A DNA stretch of 64,000 bases, taken from an uncultured Gemmatimonadales bacterium. GTDB taxonomy: Bacteria > Gemmatimonadota > Gemmatimonadetes > Gemmatimonadales > GWC2-71-9. The stretch is from contig CAWCVB010000015.1 in the NCBI GenBank assembly GCA_963798915.1, positions 15,518-79,517 of the forward strand, written 5' to 3'. The notes under the pieces are model-generated. The model was not told the DNA's origin. It searched no databases and was given only the letters and a program-made list of their open reading frames with translations. The position numbers and the translations under genes are program-made. Below, one piece after another: positions 53,692-63,881 of the stretch (within the stretch, counting starts at the first letter, position 1; each line of letters opens with the position of its first letter).

Positions 53692-54974
53692 CGCGCCCCG
53701 TCCGGGAGAATATGCCCGCCTCGCTGCTCCAGCAGGGCGCGCCGCTTGGCCAGTATGTCGTTGACCTGACCCTCGAGCGTCGCCAGCGCCTGTCGCTCCG
53801 TCACGCCTCCACGCACTGCGCGCTCCCCGGCCTCCGCAATCCGGGTTGCGATGAGTTCCCATTCCGCCACCTTCGGCGTGGGGACCACTCGCTCCAGCTG
53901 GTCGCGAAATGCCGTCACCCGCGGGTCCAGCCGCAGCGCCGAGTCGCTCCATGCCGCGCGGCGAGCCGGAAGGTTGCCACTCAAGTGAAAGAACCGCGCC
54001 TGCTGTTCGGGCGCCGACAGAAACCGGATGAGTTGCCATCCCTCGGCAGGATGTTCCGAGTGGCGAAACAGGACCAGGCTGGAGCCACCGGCCAGAGAGA
54101 CCCCGGGACCATCCGGTCCCGGCATCGGCGCGGTCGACCAGCGCTGCGCCACCGAATCCGGCAACCGCTTCCGGAACTCGTCGAGATTGTAGGGACCAGT
54201 GATGTACATGGCGATGTTTCCGCGGCCAAAATCCTGGTACAGATTGGCGACCTCGGTATTGGCCACCCTGGGTGCCAGGGTATCGCGGAAGATGCTCACG
54301 TAGAAATGGAAAGCCCTGGCGAAGGCGCTGTCGGTGAACGCCCCGTAGCGGCCTTGCTCCTTGAGGATCGGGGAACCGGCCTGCAGTGCCAGCAGCACCG
54401 GCTGGGCCCATTCGTTGAGGGGCATGAGCAGCGGGTAGCTGCGGGGCCCCGCGTCGGCTCGCAGGCGCTGCATCAGCTCCAGCCAGGCCGGCCAGGTGAC
54501 CGGCATGTCCCGCGCACCGGCTCGCGCCAGCAGGTCGGTCCGGTAGAAGAGCAGCCGCGTGTCCACGTACCAGGGTATCCCGAAGGCCCGACCCTCGATC
54601 ACGTTGGTGTCCCAGATGCCGGGAAAGAAACCATCCGGTGCCACGTCGGAACTTGCGTTCACCAGCGAATCAAGCGGGGCAATGGCATGCAGGATGGCGA
54701 ATTCGGGCACCCAGGTATTGCCGAGCTGGCCCACGTCCGGCGTCGCGTCACCGACATAGGCCGTCAGCAGCTTCTCGTGCGCTGCGGTCCACGGCATCTG
54801 CTGCACGTCCACCCGGATGCCCGGGTGCAGCCGCTCGAACTCGCGCATCAACGGCGCGACTACTTCGGCTTCGTGCCCCATGGCCCAGAAGTGCAGCGTA
54901 ATCCCGGCGGCGGGCGCGCTCTCCCGACACGACAGGAGCAGGCCGGCCAGCGCGAGCAGGAGACAGGACCTCAC
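53688..54974 (-). CDS. Sugar ABC transporter substrate-binding lipoprotein
   Basis: Lipobox LLS-C; FWAMG, PDVGQLGNTWVPEF, PWYVDTRLLFYRTD, GGSSL. Confidence 0.92.
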   Translation of the reverse strand: MRSCLLLALAGLLLSCRESAPAAGITLHFWAMGHEAEVVAPLMREFERLHPGIRVDVQQMPWTAAHEKLLTAYVGDATPDVGQLGNTWVPEFAILHAIAPLDSLVNASSDVAPDGFFPGIWDTNVIEGRAFGIPWYVDTRLLFYRTDLLARAGARDMPVTWPAWLELMQRLRADAGPRSYPLLMPLNEWAQPVLLALQAGSPILKEQGRYGAFTDSAFARAFHFYVSIFRDTLAPRVANTEVANLYQDFGRGNIAMYITGPYNLDEFRKRLPDSVAQRWSTAPMPGPDGPGVSLAGGSSLVLFRHSEHPAEGWQLIRFLSAPEQQARFFHLSGNLPARRAAWSDSALRLDPRVTAFRDQLERVVPTPKVAEWELIATRIAEAGERAVRGGVTERQALATLEGQVNDILAKRRALLEQRGGHILPDGAR

Positions 54975-56401
54975 GTGCCGGACGCGTCCAGCCACCCGCC
55001 GGTGAATCCTGCCTGCTTGAGGCCGCGCCGGATGGAGGGTTGCTGGCGCATGAGCCGCCAGATGAGTCCGGAGCGGAAGTTCTCCGTCATCAGGAGCGTC
55101 GGACCGACATCGATCCCGATGTAATCGCTATCGAACCATCCCACGCCATTGACGATGTGGCCGTGGTGCACCGGAGTCTCGAAGGTGAACGATTCATTGA
55201 ATGCGTCGAGGAAACCGTAGCGCGAGAAGAGGTTGTCGCCCAGTCGGTCCCGCATGGCCATCAGCGTCGGCACCACCACTTCGGGAGCAAAGGCGATGGA
55301 GCCCGCCGCCGCATGGGGCGTGATGGTTCCATCATCGTGGATCTCGGTATGCGAGGCGCCCCGGGCCGAGTAGGTCTGGAAGCGGCGCGGCTCGCCATTG
55401 TAGTCCAGCGTGACGTCCGCCGGGCCATCGCAGGCACTCAACCCCCAGCTCAGACTATCGTAGCCCTTCCAACTCATCGGATTCGCGATCGCGTAGTCGC
55501 GCTGGCTGAGCGTGGCCCGGCGGGAGTTCTCGAAATAGTCCAGTCCGTGTGAGCGCATGAACGCATCCTGGATACCACGAAAATCGATCCACGCCTGGGA
55601 ATACTGGTGTCCAAAGAGAGGCGCGAAGCCAACTTGTTCCCTGCCCTGGAACGTCCCCCACTGGTAAGTCGCCGTCCATGCCGGCCAGGCAGCCGGATCG
55701 ATGGAATGAGTGGGTGAGCCCAGCGCCAGCACATACAACAGCATCGCCTCGTTATAGCCCCTCCAGTCCCAGGTATGGAACCCCGACTCTGGCGTCCAGC
55801 CCATGGCCACCAGGGGCGGCCGCGGCTGGGCCCAGGTCCAGTCCACGCGACGATAAAGGGAATCGGCGAGCGCCCGGATGGCGGTCTCGCTGCTGTCGGT
55901 GCCATCGAAATACTGGCTGCAGAGCAGCGCACCCATCAGCAGGATGGAGGTGTCGATAGTGGAGAGCTCTACCTGCTCGAAGCGGGTGCCCGAACCGGGA
56001 TTCAGGAAGTGATAGAAGAAGCCATGAAAGCCGCCCATCCCGCTGGGCGCGTCCCCCTGCGGAAGGTTCCAGAGAAACTGCAGGGTGGTCAGTGCCCGAT
56101 CGCGGGCCGCCGCCCGGCTGATCCAGCCACGCTCCACGCCAACGGGATAGGCGGTCAACGCAAAGCCGATGGCGGCCACGCTGGAGAACGACTTGGTGGG
56201 CGCGCGATCGGGCGTGAGGCCGGTGGCCGGGTCAGTCAGTTCCCAGAAGTAGTCGAAACTTCGTCGGGAAAGCGTGTCGAGAAAGGCGTCCTGCGCGGCA
56301 GGCAGCGAGCCGCCATCGGTATTTTCAGCCGATGGCGGCAGGCCGCAGCCGAGCGCCATGCCTGCAAGCAGTGGAAGGAGTGCCCGGGCAGGCCGCGCCA
56401 T
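54971..56401 (-). CDS. GH144-like (glucoamylase-like) endo-beta-1,2-glucanase, lipoprotein
   Basis: Lipobox ALG-C; ELSTIDT, WRGYNEAM..LALGSPTH, PLFGHQYS, WGLSACDGP, DDGTITP, YGFLDAFN. Confidence 0.8.
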   Translation of the reverse strand: MARPARALLPLLAGMALGCGLPPSAENTDGGSLPAAQDAFLDTLSRRSFDYFWELTDPATGLTPDRAPTKSFSSVAAIGFALTAYPVGVERGWISRAAARDRALTTLQFLWNLPQGDAPSGMGGFHGFFYHFLNPGSGTRFEQVELSTIDTSILLMGALLCSQYFDGTDSSETAIRALADSLYRRVDWTWAQPRPPLVAMGWTPESGFHTWDWRGYNEAMLLYVLALGSPTHSIDPAAWPAWTATYQWGTFQGREQVGFAPLFGHQYSQAWIDFRGIQDAFMRSHGLDYFENSRRATLSQRDYAIANPMSWKGYDSLSWGLSACDGPADVTLDYNGEPRRFQTYSARGASHTEIHDDGTITPHAAAGSIAFAPEVVVPTLMAMRDRLGDNLFSRYGFLDAFNESFTFETPVHHGHIVNGVGWFDSDYIGIDVGPTLLMTENFRSGLIWRLMRQQPSIRRGLKQAGFTGGWLDASGT

Positions 56402-56479
56402 GGCAGGTCTCCTGGCGGTAGCCGCCGGCGGGACGGAGCGGAGCGCCGCGTGGTGCGGCGCCCGCCCGTCGGTGAAGGA

Positions 56480-59365
56480 TCAGAAGTCCAGTTGCATGCC
56501 GAGCTGAAGCTTGCGCGGATCGCTCACGATGCAATTGGCCATGCCGAATCCTGCATCGATTTCATTCCCGCCAGTGATGATCTGCGTGTTGTAGCAACCG
56601 AGGTTCTGGAAATTGAACACGTTGAACACGTCTGCCGTTATCCCGAGCGTGGCACCGGCAAAGTTCGGGAAATCCTTCCGAAGGCGGAGGTCCACGCGTT
56701 TGTAGGTCCGGCCGCGCGACTGGCCCAGCACCACATGCTGCCCGTTCGCGTTCGACACGCTATCAAACACCTGCCCCGAGCCGAACGTCGCCAGCCCGCT
56801 GAACTGGATTCCGAACACATAGGGAATATCAAGAATCCAGTTGGCCACGACCCGGTGTGGCTGGTCGTTGGGTGCCGGGTGCCTGGGCTGCAGCGCCACC
56901 TGTGGGAACGAGAAGAGATCATTTCCCTCCCGCTCTGCCTTGGAAAGCGTGTAGTTGATGCCTGCGCCCCAGCCAAAATCGCCGATGCGCCGATAGGGCC
57001 GGTCGAGCTGCACCTGCAGCGCGTCATACCAGGTGCGCACACTGTTGTTGCCGACGAGCACGTTCCGGTACGGCAGCGCGTCGAACGTGGTGCAGCAATT
57101 GTTGGATGGGTTCAGGGTGAGGTTGGCCCACTCGAAGCTGAAACCGTTCTTGCTCCGGGCGCCGGTGTATGCGACCGATCCGGTCCAGCCGCCGAAGTTC
57201 TGGCGAACGCCCATGTTCCACTGATAGGTCTTGGGTGGCTTCATGTCGTTGGGAAGCAGGAACACTTCCTGAGGCGGGGCCTTACCGTCAGCGATGATGC
57301 CCTCCAGGCCCGCCCGGCTCAGGTAGGACGGATCCCAGGCGATGCTGTCGCCACTGGTCGGATCACCAAACAGGAAGGTGTATTGCGGATGCTGACGCCG
57401 GTAGGTCTCGTCGATGAAGTTGTTGAACGGGATGCGGTCGTAGAAGATCCCGACTCCACCGAAGACGACCGTATTTCCTGCCTCATCGACGGCATAGGAG
57501 GCGCCCAGCCGAGGCTGAATTGCGCCCATGAAGGCCTTACGGTCAGTGCCATCGGTGAAGTAGCGTGCCGGGTCAATGTCCACGAACAGCTGGCTCCGCA
57601 CTGCAGCCAGCGAATCCACCACGGCTTGCGGGGTGACGTAGTCCTTGTTGTACCCACCGGATTCATAGTCCCAGCGAACGCCGACATTGAGCGTCAGGCG
57701 GCGCGTCGGTGACCAGTCATCCTGGGCGTAGAGGCCCAGTTCGCCATTGGTGCCCTTGATGTCGCCATCGCCAAACCCGAAGTTGGCCTGGAACGGGGTG
57801 GTGAAGTTGGTCCGGTCGTCAAAGAAGAAGAGCGGATTTTCGTTCAGCTGCTTGTTGAGGTCGTACTTCAGGTAGTCGAAGTTGGCCCCCAGCTTGATCA
57901 CGTGCTGCCCATTCCAGTCAAAGCCCGTGAACGTGATATCGTCACGGAGCGAAAGGCGCCGCTGACTGATGTCCTGGCGCGTGTCCCGGCCGCCGATACG
58001 ACCGATGCCATTGTACTGCCGGCCGACGACATCGAAATTGAACGGATTGGGGTTCCACTGGTACCACTGATAGTTGACGAATGCTTCGTTGACCCACTGG
58101 TTGCCGAAGTACGTGTGCTTGATCCCGCCGTTCACGATGTTGTTCCGGAAGTTCTCCCCGGCCTCGAACGCGACATCGGGACCGGCGAACTGATTGCCAA
58201 ATCCCCGCTTGTCGGTCTCTTTGCGCCAATTCCCGTTGATTTCCAGCAGCTGGTTCTCGCTCATGTTATACGTCAGCTTGCCGAAGAACAGATGCGAGCG
58301 GAACGGCGAGGTGTGAATCTCCCCGTTCAGCGCCGCAACATCGGCGGGCCAGATCCCCGGGTCCCCGTTGAAGCGGGTCACGCCGTCGCGATTCTGATAA
58401 TTGCCCTCGTAGGATCCAAAGAAGAACAGCTTGTCCCGAATCACGGGCCCGCCAATGCTGCCACCCGTCAGGTAGCGGCTGTAGTTGGGCTTCTTGAAGT
58501 CAGGATTGCTGGCATTGTTCCGCTTGGTAAAGGTGTCAACCGCGACGAAGTCTTCGCTCTGGAATTCGGTGAACACGCTGCCCTGCCACGTATTGGTTCC
58601 GGACTTGGTGGCGGCGGTGATCACTGCGCTCGACGCCTTCTGGTATTCCGCCTTGAAGTTGTTGGTCAGCACCCGGTATTCCTGCACCGCATTCCGGGGG
58701 AAGGGGTTGCCCCGGCTCGCGTCCTGCCCGGCGATACCGCCGTTGATCACGTCGTTCTTGTAGCTCGCGCCGTCCACGAAGACGTTGATGTTCTCGGCCG
58801 GGAGCGCGCCTGAGGTGAAGGTCTTGCCGGTACCGTCCACCCGATCCTCGGTGACCTGTACCCCCGGCGCCAGTGCCGCCAGGTCCAGAAAGTTCCGGCT
58901 GGGCGATGGCAGGGCTTCGATCTGCTGCGGCGTCACGTTGGTCGCAATTTCCGAAGTCTTCATTTCCGTCACGGGCGCGTTCAGGACCGTTATTTCCTCC
59001 AGCTCCACGGTCGTGGGGGCCAGCTGGAAGTTGAGACTCAGATTCTGCCCAATCTGGAGCCGAAGACGGCGGGCCTCCGGTGCAAAGCCAATCCCGCGAG
59101 CCTGCACTTCATACTCACCGGGTTGCAGGCTGGGCAGGACATAGGCCCCGCGGGCGTCGGCCGTCGCCGTCCGGCGGATGCCGGTCGACTGCTGGATGGC
59201 CACGACCTGTCCGTCGGCGATCGGCGTGCCAGAGGAATCCGTGACGGAGCCGGTGATCCGGCCGGTGGACGTCTGTGCGTGCAGGCGGCGCATCGGCAGC
59301 AGCACCGCCGCGGTGAGAAACAGGGCGATCAGCATTGTCAGGCGGACCAAGGGCGGGGATCTCAT
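56480..59365 (-). CDS. TonB-dependent outer-membrane receptor (Oar-like, N-terminal carboxypeptidase-regulatory-like domain)
   Basis: Signal peptide, GRITGSVTDSSG, RNFLDLAALAPGV, TKSGTN, YAQDDW, QPRLG; C-terminal Phe. Confidence 0.9.
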   Translation of the reverse strand: MRSPPLVRLTMLIALFLTAAVLLPMRRLHAQTSTGRITGSVTDSSGTPIADGQVVAIQQSTGIRRTATADARGAYVLPSLQPGEYEVQARGIGFAPEARRLRLQIGQNLSLNFQLAPTTVELEEITVLNAPVTEMKTSEIATNVTPQQIEALPSPSRNFLDLAALAPGVQVTEDRVDGTGKTFTSGALPAENINVFVDGASYKNDVINGGIAGQDASRGNPFPRNAVQEYRVLTNNFKAEYQKASSAVITAATKSGTNTWQGSVFTEFQSEDFVAVDTFTKRNNASNPDFKKPNYSRYLTGGSIGGPVIRDKLFFFGSYEGNYQNRDGVTRFNGDPGIWPADVAALNGEIHTSPFRSHLFFGKLTYNMSENQLLEINGNWRKETDKRGFGNQFAGPDVAFEAGENFRNNIVNGGIKHTYFGNQWVNEAFVNYQWYQWNPNPFNFDVVGRQYNGIGRIGGRDTRQDISQRRLSLRDDITFTGFDWNGQHVIKLGANFDYLKYDLNKQLNENPLFFFDDRTNFTTPFQANFGFGDGDIKGTNGELGLYAQDDWSPTRRLTLNVGVRWDYESGGYNKDYVTPQAVVDSLAAVRSQLFVDIDPARYFTDGTDRKAFMGAIQPRLGASYAVDEAGNTVVFGGVGIFYDRIPFNNFIDETYRRQHPQYTFLFGDPTSGDSIAWDPSYLSRAGLEGIIADGKAPPQEVFLLPNDMKPPKTYQWNMGVRQNFGGWTGSVAYTGARSKNGFSFEWANLTLNPSNNCCTTFDALPYRNVLVGNNSVRTWYDALQVQLDRPYRRIGDFGWGAGINYTLSKAEREGNDLFSFPQVALQPRHPAPNDQPHRVVANWILDIPYVFGIQFSGLATFGSGQVFDSVSNANGQHVVLGQSRGRTYKRVDLRLRKDFPNFAGATLGITADVFNVFNFQNLGCYNTQIITGGNEIDAGFGMANCIVSDPRKLQLGMQLDF

Positions 59366-60387
59366 GACTGTGCCTCCGATGGACTGGGTACAGCGTCAGC
59401 CCGGCTGCCACAGGAGCGCCGGATGACCAGGGATGTGGGAACCACATGGCGAAAAGGTGTCAGTCGTGCAGGAGCGTGCAGGACAGCAAACAGCCGTTCG
59501 GCCGCGCGCGCACCCAGCGCGCTGATATCCACGCGAACCGTCGTGAGCGGCGGCTCCAGGTACTGGGCCGCCGGAATGTCGTCAAAACCGGCCACGGCCA
59601 CGTCACCGGGTATGCGGAGCCCTTCGGCCCGGAGCGCACTCATGGCGCCGAGTGCCATCGAGTCGTTCAGGGCAAAGACGGCGGTGGGCCGAGGCGACAT
59701 GGCGCCGATTCTCACCCCCGCGGCGTACCCGGCCTCCTGCGTGAAGTCGCCGGCGATCTCCAGTGCCGGGTCCGGAGCGAGCCCCGCCTCCAGCAGCGCC
59801 GCGCGAAACCCGTTCAGCCGCTCCCGAACGTCGAGATTGCCCTCGGCGCCGGTGATCACGGCAATGCGCCGGTGCCCCAGGGACAACAAGTGCCGGCCCA
59901 TGGCCAGCGCCCCACCACGGTTATCCACCATGATGGCGTCATCGGCCGCCGCCTCCACCCCGGCGCCGATGCGCACCATCGGCAGCCGACCGGCCAGAAA
60001 GCGTTCGGCGTCCTGGTCGGTGGTCATGACCAGCAAGCCATCCACCCTGCCGCGCATCAGTGCCAGGGCCGCCTTGACTTCCGCTGCGCTGGAATGGGAA
60101 CTCGAGACGAGGAGGTGGTACCCGCGGGCGCGAGCCGACATGTCCACACCGCGGATGATTTCCGAGAAGAATTCGCCGTGCAAGTCCGGCAGGATGACGC
60201 CGATGGTCGAGGTGCGGCGGGTGATCAAGCTGCGGGCGGTGGCGTGAGGTGTGTAGCCCAGCCGGGTCCCGACTACCTGAACACGGGTGCGTGTCTGGTC
60301 GGCAACCGAGAGAGCGTCGTTGTAGACGCGCGAGACCGTCGCAATGGAAACACCGGCCTCGCGGGCGACATCCTTGATGGTGACCAA
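59362..60387 (-). CDS. LacI-family transcriptional regulator
   Basis: TIKDVAREAGVSIATVSRV HTH, FALNDSMALG, GFDDI, PPLTTV. Confidence 0.96.
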   Translation of the reverse strand: MVTIKDVAREAGVSIATVSRVYNDALSVADQTRTRVQVVGTRLGYTPHATARSLITRRTSTIGVILPDLHGEFFSEIIRGVDMSARARGYHLLVSSSHSSAAEVKAALALMRGRVDGLLVMTTDQDAERFLAGRLPMVRIGAGVEAAADDAIMVDNRGGALAMGRHLLSLGHRRIAVITGAEGNLDVRERLNGFRAALLEAGLAPDPALEIAGDFTQEAGYAAGVRIGAMSPRPTAVFALNDSMALGAMSALRAEGLRIPGDVAVAGFDDIPAAQYLEPPLTTVRVDISALGARAAERLFAVLHAPARLTPFRHVVPTSLVIRRSCGSRADAVPSPSEAQS

Positions 60388-60421
60388 GCCGGCACCGCCA
60401 GGAACGAGAAGAGCGAGCGAC

Positions 60422-60441
60422 CGATGTAAACGTTTACATCG
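60422..60441. promoter_or_regulatory. LacI-type operator
   Basis: Perfect 20-bp palindrome CGATGTAAACGTTTACATCG with central AAACGTTT, 35 bp upstream of the LacI-led operon. Confidence 0.85.
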
Positions 60442-60453
60442 AGGGCCAGTCTG

Positions 60454-61206
60454 TCAAGATGGTCGCGGGTCGCGGGTTGAGGGTCGTGGGCCCCGAGTCG
60501 AGCGCTCGGCGCCCAGCGCCTCACGTGCCCAGACCACAATCTGCTCCACCTGCTGCTCGAAGCTGAGCGCCGACGTGTCCAGCAGCCGCGCGTCCGCCGC
60601 CTGCCGCAGCGGCGCCACCGCCCGAGCAGAATCGGCCTCGTCCCGGGCTGCGAGGCGGGCTGCCTCACGCCTGACTTCTGCCTCGGAATCACTCTCAGCA
60701 CGTTGTCGAACTCTCCGGTGGGCACGCACTTCCGGGCTCGCGGTGAGAAACACCTTGAGGTCAGCGTCCGGGAAGACAATGGTGCCGATATCTCGACCGT
60801 CGACCACCACATCCCGGCCAGCGCGCACCAGGGCTCGCAGGTGGGCATTGACCCATTCACGGACCTGGGGATCCGCGCTGATGGCACTCACATGGCGGGT
60901 CACATCGGGTAGCCGGATGGCCGCGTCGATCGGTTCGCCCCCCAGATACGCGGCGAATCCCCTTCCGTCGGGATGCAGCACCAGCCCGCGATCTTCAGCC
61001 CTCCGCAGCAGCGCTTCAGCACCGCCGCCAGCCGCATCGCTTCCCTGCCCCATGCCTTCGCGCAAGGCAACCAGGGTCACGGCGCGGTAAAGTGCGCCGG
61101 AGTCGAGGTGGGCAAAGCCGAGCCGCTCGGCCACCGCGCGTGCGGTGCTGGACTTGCCCGAGGCAGATGGCCCGTCGATCGCGATGACCGCCCCGGCGCC
61201 GCTCAC
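60454..61206 (-). CDS. cmk: Cytidylate kinase
   Basis: IAIDGPSASGKSS, LDSGALYRA, DGRDIGTIVFPDA.LKVFLTAS. Confidence 0.95.
   Translation of the reverse strand: MSGAGAVIAIDGPSASGKSSTARAVAERLGFAHLDSGALYRAVTLVALREGMGQGSDAAGGGAEALLRRAEDRGLVLHPDGRGFAAYLGGEPIDAAIRLPDVTRHVSAISADPQVREWVNAHLRALVRAGRDVVVDGRDIGTIVFPDADLKVFLTASPEVRAHRRVRQRAESDSEAEVRREAARLAARDEADSARAVAPLRQAADARLLDTSALSFEQQVEQIVVWAREALGAERSTRGPRPSTRDPRPS
60461..60495. repeat. Degenerate heptamer repeat forming the cmk C-terminal tail
   Basis: GGTCGCG GGTCGCG GGTTGAG GGTCGTG GGCCCCG, translated as RGPRPSTRDPRP. Confidence 0.65.
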
Positions 61207-62468
61207 GTCTTCCTCCTCATGGACAGAAGCGCGCGCTCGAAGCCCGGGAAGCTGACGTCGGCGCAGGCCATGTCGTCCACTTTAACCCGCGCCCCGGGCA
61301 CCGTGCCGAGCACCCGGAATGCCATGGCGATACGATGATCGCCGTCAGTCCGGACCCGGCCCCGCGGCGGCGCGGTCACCCCTTCAACAACCAGGTCTTC
61401 CCCATCCACGGACGCACGCTGGCCGAGGGCGCGCAGATTGGACGCGATGAGGCCAAGGCGGTCGCTCTCCTTGACCCGTAGCTCGCCAACCGAGCGGAAC
61501 CGGGTTTCTCCGCTAGCCCGGGCCGCCAACACAGCCAGCATGGGGACTTCGTCCACCAGGCCTGGGATCTCATGCGCCTCCACCACGGTGCCAATGAGCT
61601 GGGCCGGGGTAACCACCATGGTGCCGACCGGCTCGCCCAGGTGTTCGACCACATGCTCCAGTGCCGGGCGAGCACCCATCCGCTGCAGCACGGCGAGGAA
61701 CCCGGTGCGCGTCGGGTTCAGGCCCACCCCTGGCAAGTGTACCTCACCCGCTTCGGCCAGGATCGCGACGCCAACCAGGAACGCTGCCGATGAGGGGTCG
61801 GCCGGCACGGCGAAATCGAGCCGTTCAAACCGTCCTCCCCGGCCCAGCTCGATCCGCCCGTGTCGCTCCGCCACGTCAAAGCCGAGCGCAGACAGCATGC
61901 GCTCGGTATGGTCCCGCGAGCGGCCGGACGGTTCGCGCAACGACACCTCGACACCGGCGCACGCTCCAGCGAGCAACAGCGCGCTCTTGATCTGGGCACT
62001 GGAGACCGGAAGATCATGTCGCAAGGGCCGCAACTCGCCGCCAGTCATCGAAAACGGCAACCGATCGGCAGCCGGGGGCTCGAATTGTGCCCCCATCAGC
62101 CCGAGTGGGAGCGTCACCCGTCGCATCGGCCGCTTGCGGAGTGAAGCGTCGCCGGTGAGGCGGGCGGAAAGCGGCTGTGCCGCCAGAATGCCAGAAATCA
62201 GTCGAGCGGTGGTTCCGGCGTTGCCGCAGTGGAGCGTCGACCGCGGCGCGGCGAAGGTCCGCTGGCCATGCACCTGCACGGCTGCGCCTGGCCGAAGGGG
62301 AGAGACTGCCACGCCAAGCTGCCGCAGTACGCTGGCAGTGGAGCGCGCATCGAGCGACGTAAGGGCCCCGCGAATCACGCTGGTGCCCGGCGCCAGGGCG
62401 GCGAGCATGAGGGCTCGATGCGTGATGCTCTTGTCGCCGGGAACGCGGATACTGCCACCAACGTGCAT
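61203..62468 (-). CDS. aroA: 3-phosphoshikimate 1-carboxyvinyltransferase (class II)
   Basis: PGDKSITHR, CGNAGTTAR, SAQIKSA, RDHTERML, DPSSAAF, ELRVKESDR, DHRIAM. Confidence 0.97.
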   Translation of the reverse strand: MHVGGSIRVPGDKSITHRALMLAALAPGTSVIRGALTSLDARSTASVLRQLGVAVSPLRPGAAVQVHGQRTFAAPRSTLHCGNAGTTARLISGILAAQPLSARLTGDASLRKRPMRRVTLPLGLMGAQFEPPAADRLPFSMTGGELRPLRHDLPVSSAQIKSALLLAGACAGVEVSLREPSGRSRDHTERMLSALGFDVAERHGRIELGRGGRFERLDFAVPADPSSAAFLVGVAILAEAGEVHLPGVGLNPTRTGFLAVLQRMGARPALEHVVEHLGEPVGTMVVTPAQLIGTVVEAHEIPGLVDEVPMLAVLAARASGETRFRSVGELRVKESDRLGLIASNLRALGQRASVDGEDLVVEGVTAPPRGRVRTDGDHRIAMAFRVLGTVPGARVKVDDMACADVSFPGFERALLSMRRKT

Positions 62469-62557
62469 GGGCCAGCCGGGAGAGGGGAAAGTTCGGCGTT
62501 GCCGAGACGCTGGCAGGATTGTAGTTATTGACTGCCGCCCGAACAACGGAGAGCGCA

Positions 62558-62932
62558 TTGGCCACGATCCTGATCGTGGAAGACAGCCCTGACAACATGA
62601 AGCTGTTTTCCACGTTGCTGACGCTTCGGGGACACGTCGTCGTGTCCTTGCCGGGGGGTGAGGGCTTGCTGACTGAGCTGGACCGTACCACGCCCGACCT
62701 GATCCTGATGGATATCCAGCTGCCGGGCAAGGATGGCTTTGCGCTGCTGCGCGAGATCCGCCAATCGGTCCACCGCGACCTGCCGGTCGTGGCCCTCACG
62801 GCCCACGCCATGAGTGGCGATCGGGAGCGAGCGATTGGGGCTGGCTTCACCGGCTACATCACCAAGCCCATTGATATCCGGACCTTTCCCGCCGAAGTCG
62901 AAGCTGCGCTCCCTGCTGGAGGATCCGCCTGA
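62558..62932 (+). CDS. Single-domain response regulator (DivK-like receiver)
   Basis: GGAGAG RBS with TTG start; IVED, LILMDIQLPGKDG, ALTAHAM.GD, YITKPI. Confidence 0.92.
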   Translation: MATILIVEDSPDNMKLFSTLLTLRGHVVVSLPGGEGLLTELDRTTPDLILMDIQLPGKDGFALLREIRQSVHRDLPVVALTAHAMSGDRERAIGAGFTGYITKPIDIRTFPAEVEAALPAGGSA

Positions 62933-63420
62933 TGGCGCCGGACCCATCTCCCGAGAAACGTGCCCTGCTGGAGGCGTACGACGCCGCCATCCAGCGAAAG
63001 AATGACGAGCCCGCCTCCCCGCCACCGGCCCGCCGCCGGCTCATGCATCCGGTCACGGCGCTCTGTCTCCTGGTGCTGGTAGCGATTGGCGTCTGGATCG
63101 CTGCGGCACGGCCCGCGTGGCTGCTTGCCCGTGGATTCCCCACCGAGACGGGCCCCGTGAGGGAAGCGAGCCTCAGGCTCGCCATGGCACTCCAGTATCA
63201 ACGTATCGAGCAGTTCCGCGACAGTGCCGGGCACCTGCCGGAACGCCTCGATCAGACCGGCCCTTCCCTCGGCGACCTGACCTACACCACCACGCAGTTC
63301 GGCGGATTCGTGCTCGAGGGCACCGATTCAACTGTGCGCCTCACCCTTCGCTCGGAAGACTCGCTGGCCACATTCGTGGGCGACAGCTACGAAATCGTCA
63401 GCCGGCGCGGTGCCCCATGA
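62932..63420 (+). CDS. Single-TM hypothetical protein (pilin/GspG-like periplasmic part)
   Basis: One TM segment, then IEQFRDSAGHLPERL; coupled to both neighbours. Confidence 0.6.
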   Translation: MAPDPSPEKRALLEAYDAAIQRKNDEPASPPPARRRLMHPVTALCLLVLVAIGVWIAAARPAWLLARGFPTETGPVREASLRLAMALQYQRIEQFRDSAGHLPERLDQTGPSLGDLTYTTTQFGGFVLEGTDSTVRLTLRSEDSLATFVGDSYEIVSRRGAP

Positions 63421-63881
63421 ACCGCCGGGGATATACAATCATCGAATTGCTCATGGTGATGATCGTGATCGGCATCCTCGCAGGATTGGCGATCCTGCGC
63501 TACATCGACCTGCGCAATCACGCCATGGTGGCGAGCATTGTGAGCGATCTCGAAAATGTGCGGCTCGGCGCCTACAACTACTGGGCCGACAAGGATGCCT
63601 TCCCGCCGGACGCCCCGGCCGGGACGATGCCGCCTGGCATGGTTCCCTACATGAGCACCGGATTCGAGTTCGCCAGACCGCAGTACACACTGGACTGGGA
63701 GAACTTCCAGGGCCCGGGCGGTGCCGGCGGCGGTGGCGGCATGCAGGTCGGAGTTGTCGTGACGTCGGATAACTCGCATCTGATGGCCCTGCTGGCCCGG
63801 CGCACTGGAGGAGGACTGCCCTACTTCGTGGCAGGATCAACGGTAACATTCATACTGGTCGGTGCTGACGGCGCCATGTAG
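63417..63881 (+). CDS. Type IV pilin / pseudopilin with class III signal peptide
   Basis: MNRRG|YTIIELLMVMIVIGILAGLAI prepilin cleavage/methylation motif. Confidence 0.9.
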   Translation: MNRRGYTIIELLMVMIVIGILAGLAILRYIDLRNHAMVASIVSDLENVRLGAYNYWADKDAFPPDAPAGTMPPGMVPYMSTGFEFARPQYTLDWENFQGPGGAGGGGGMQVGVVVTSDNSHLMALLARRTGGGLPYFVAGSTVTFILVGADGAM

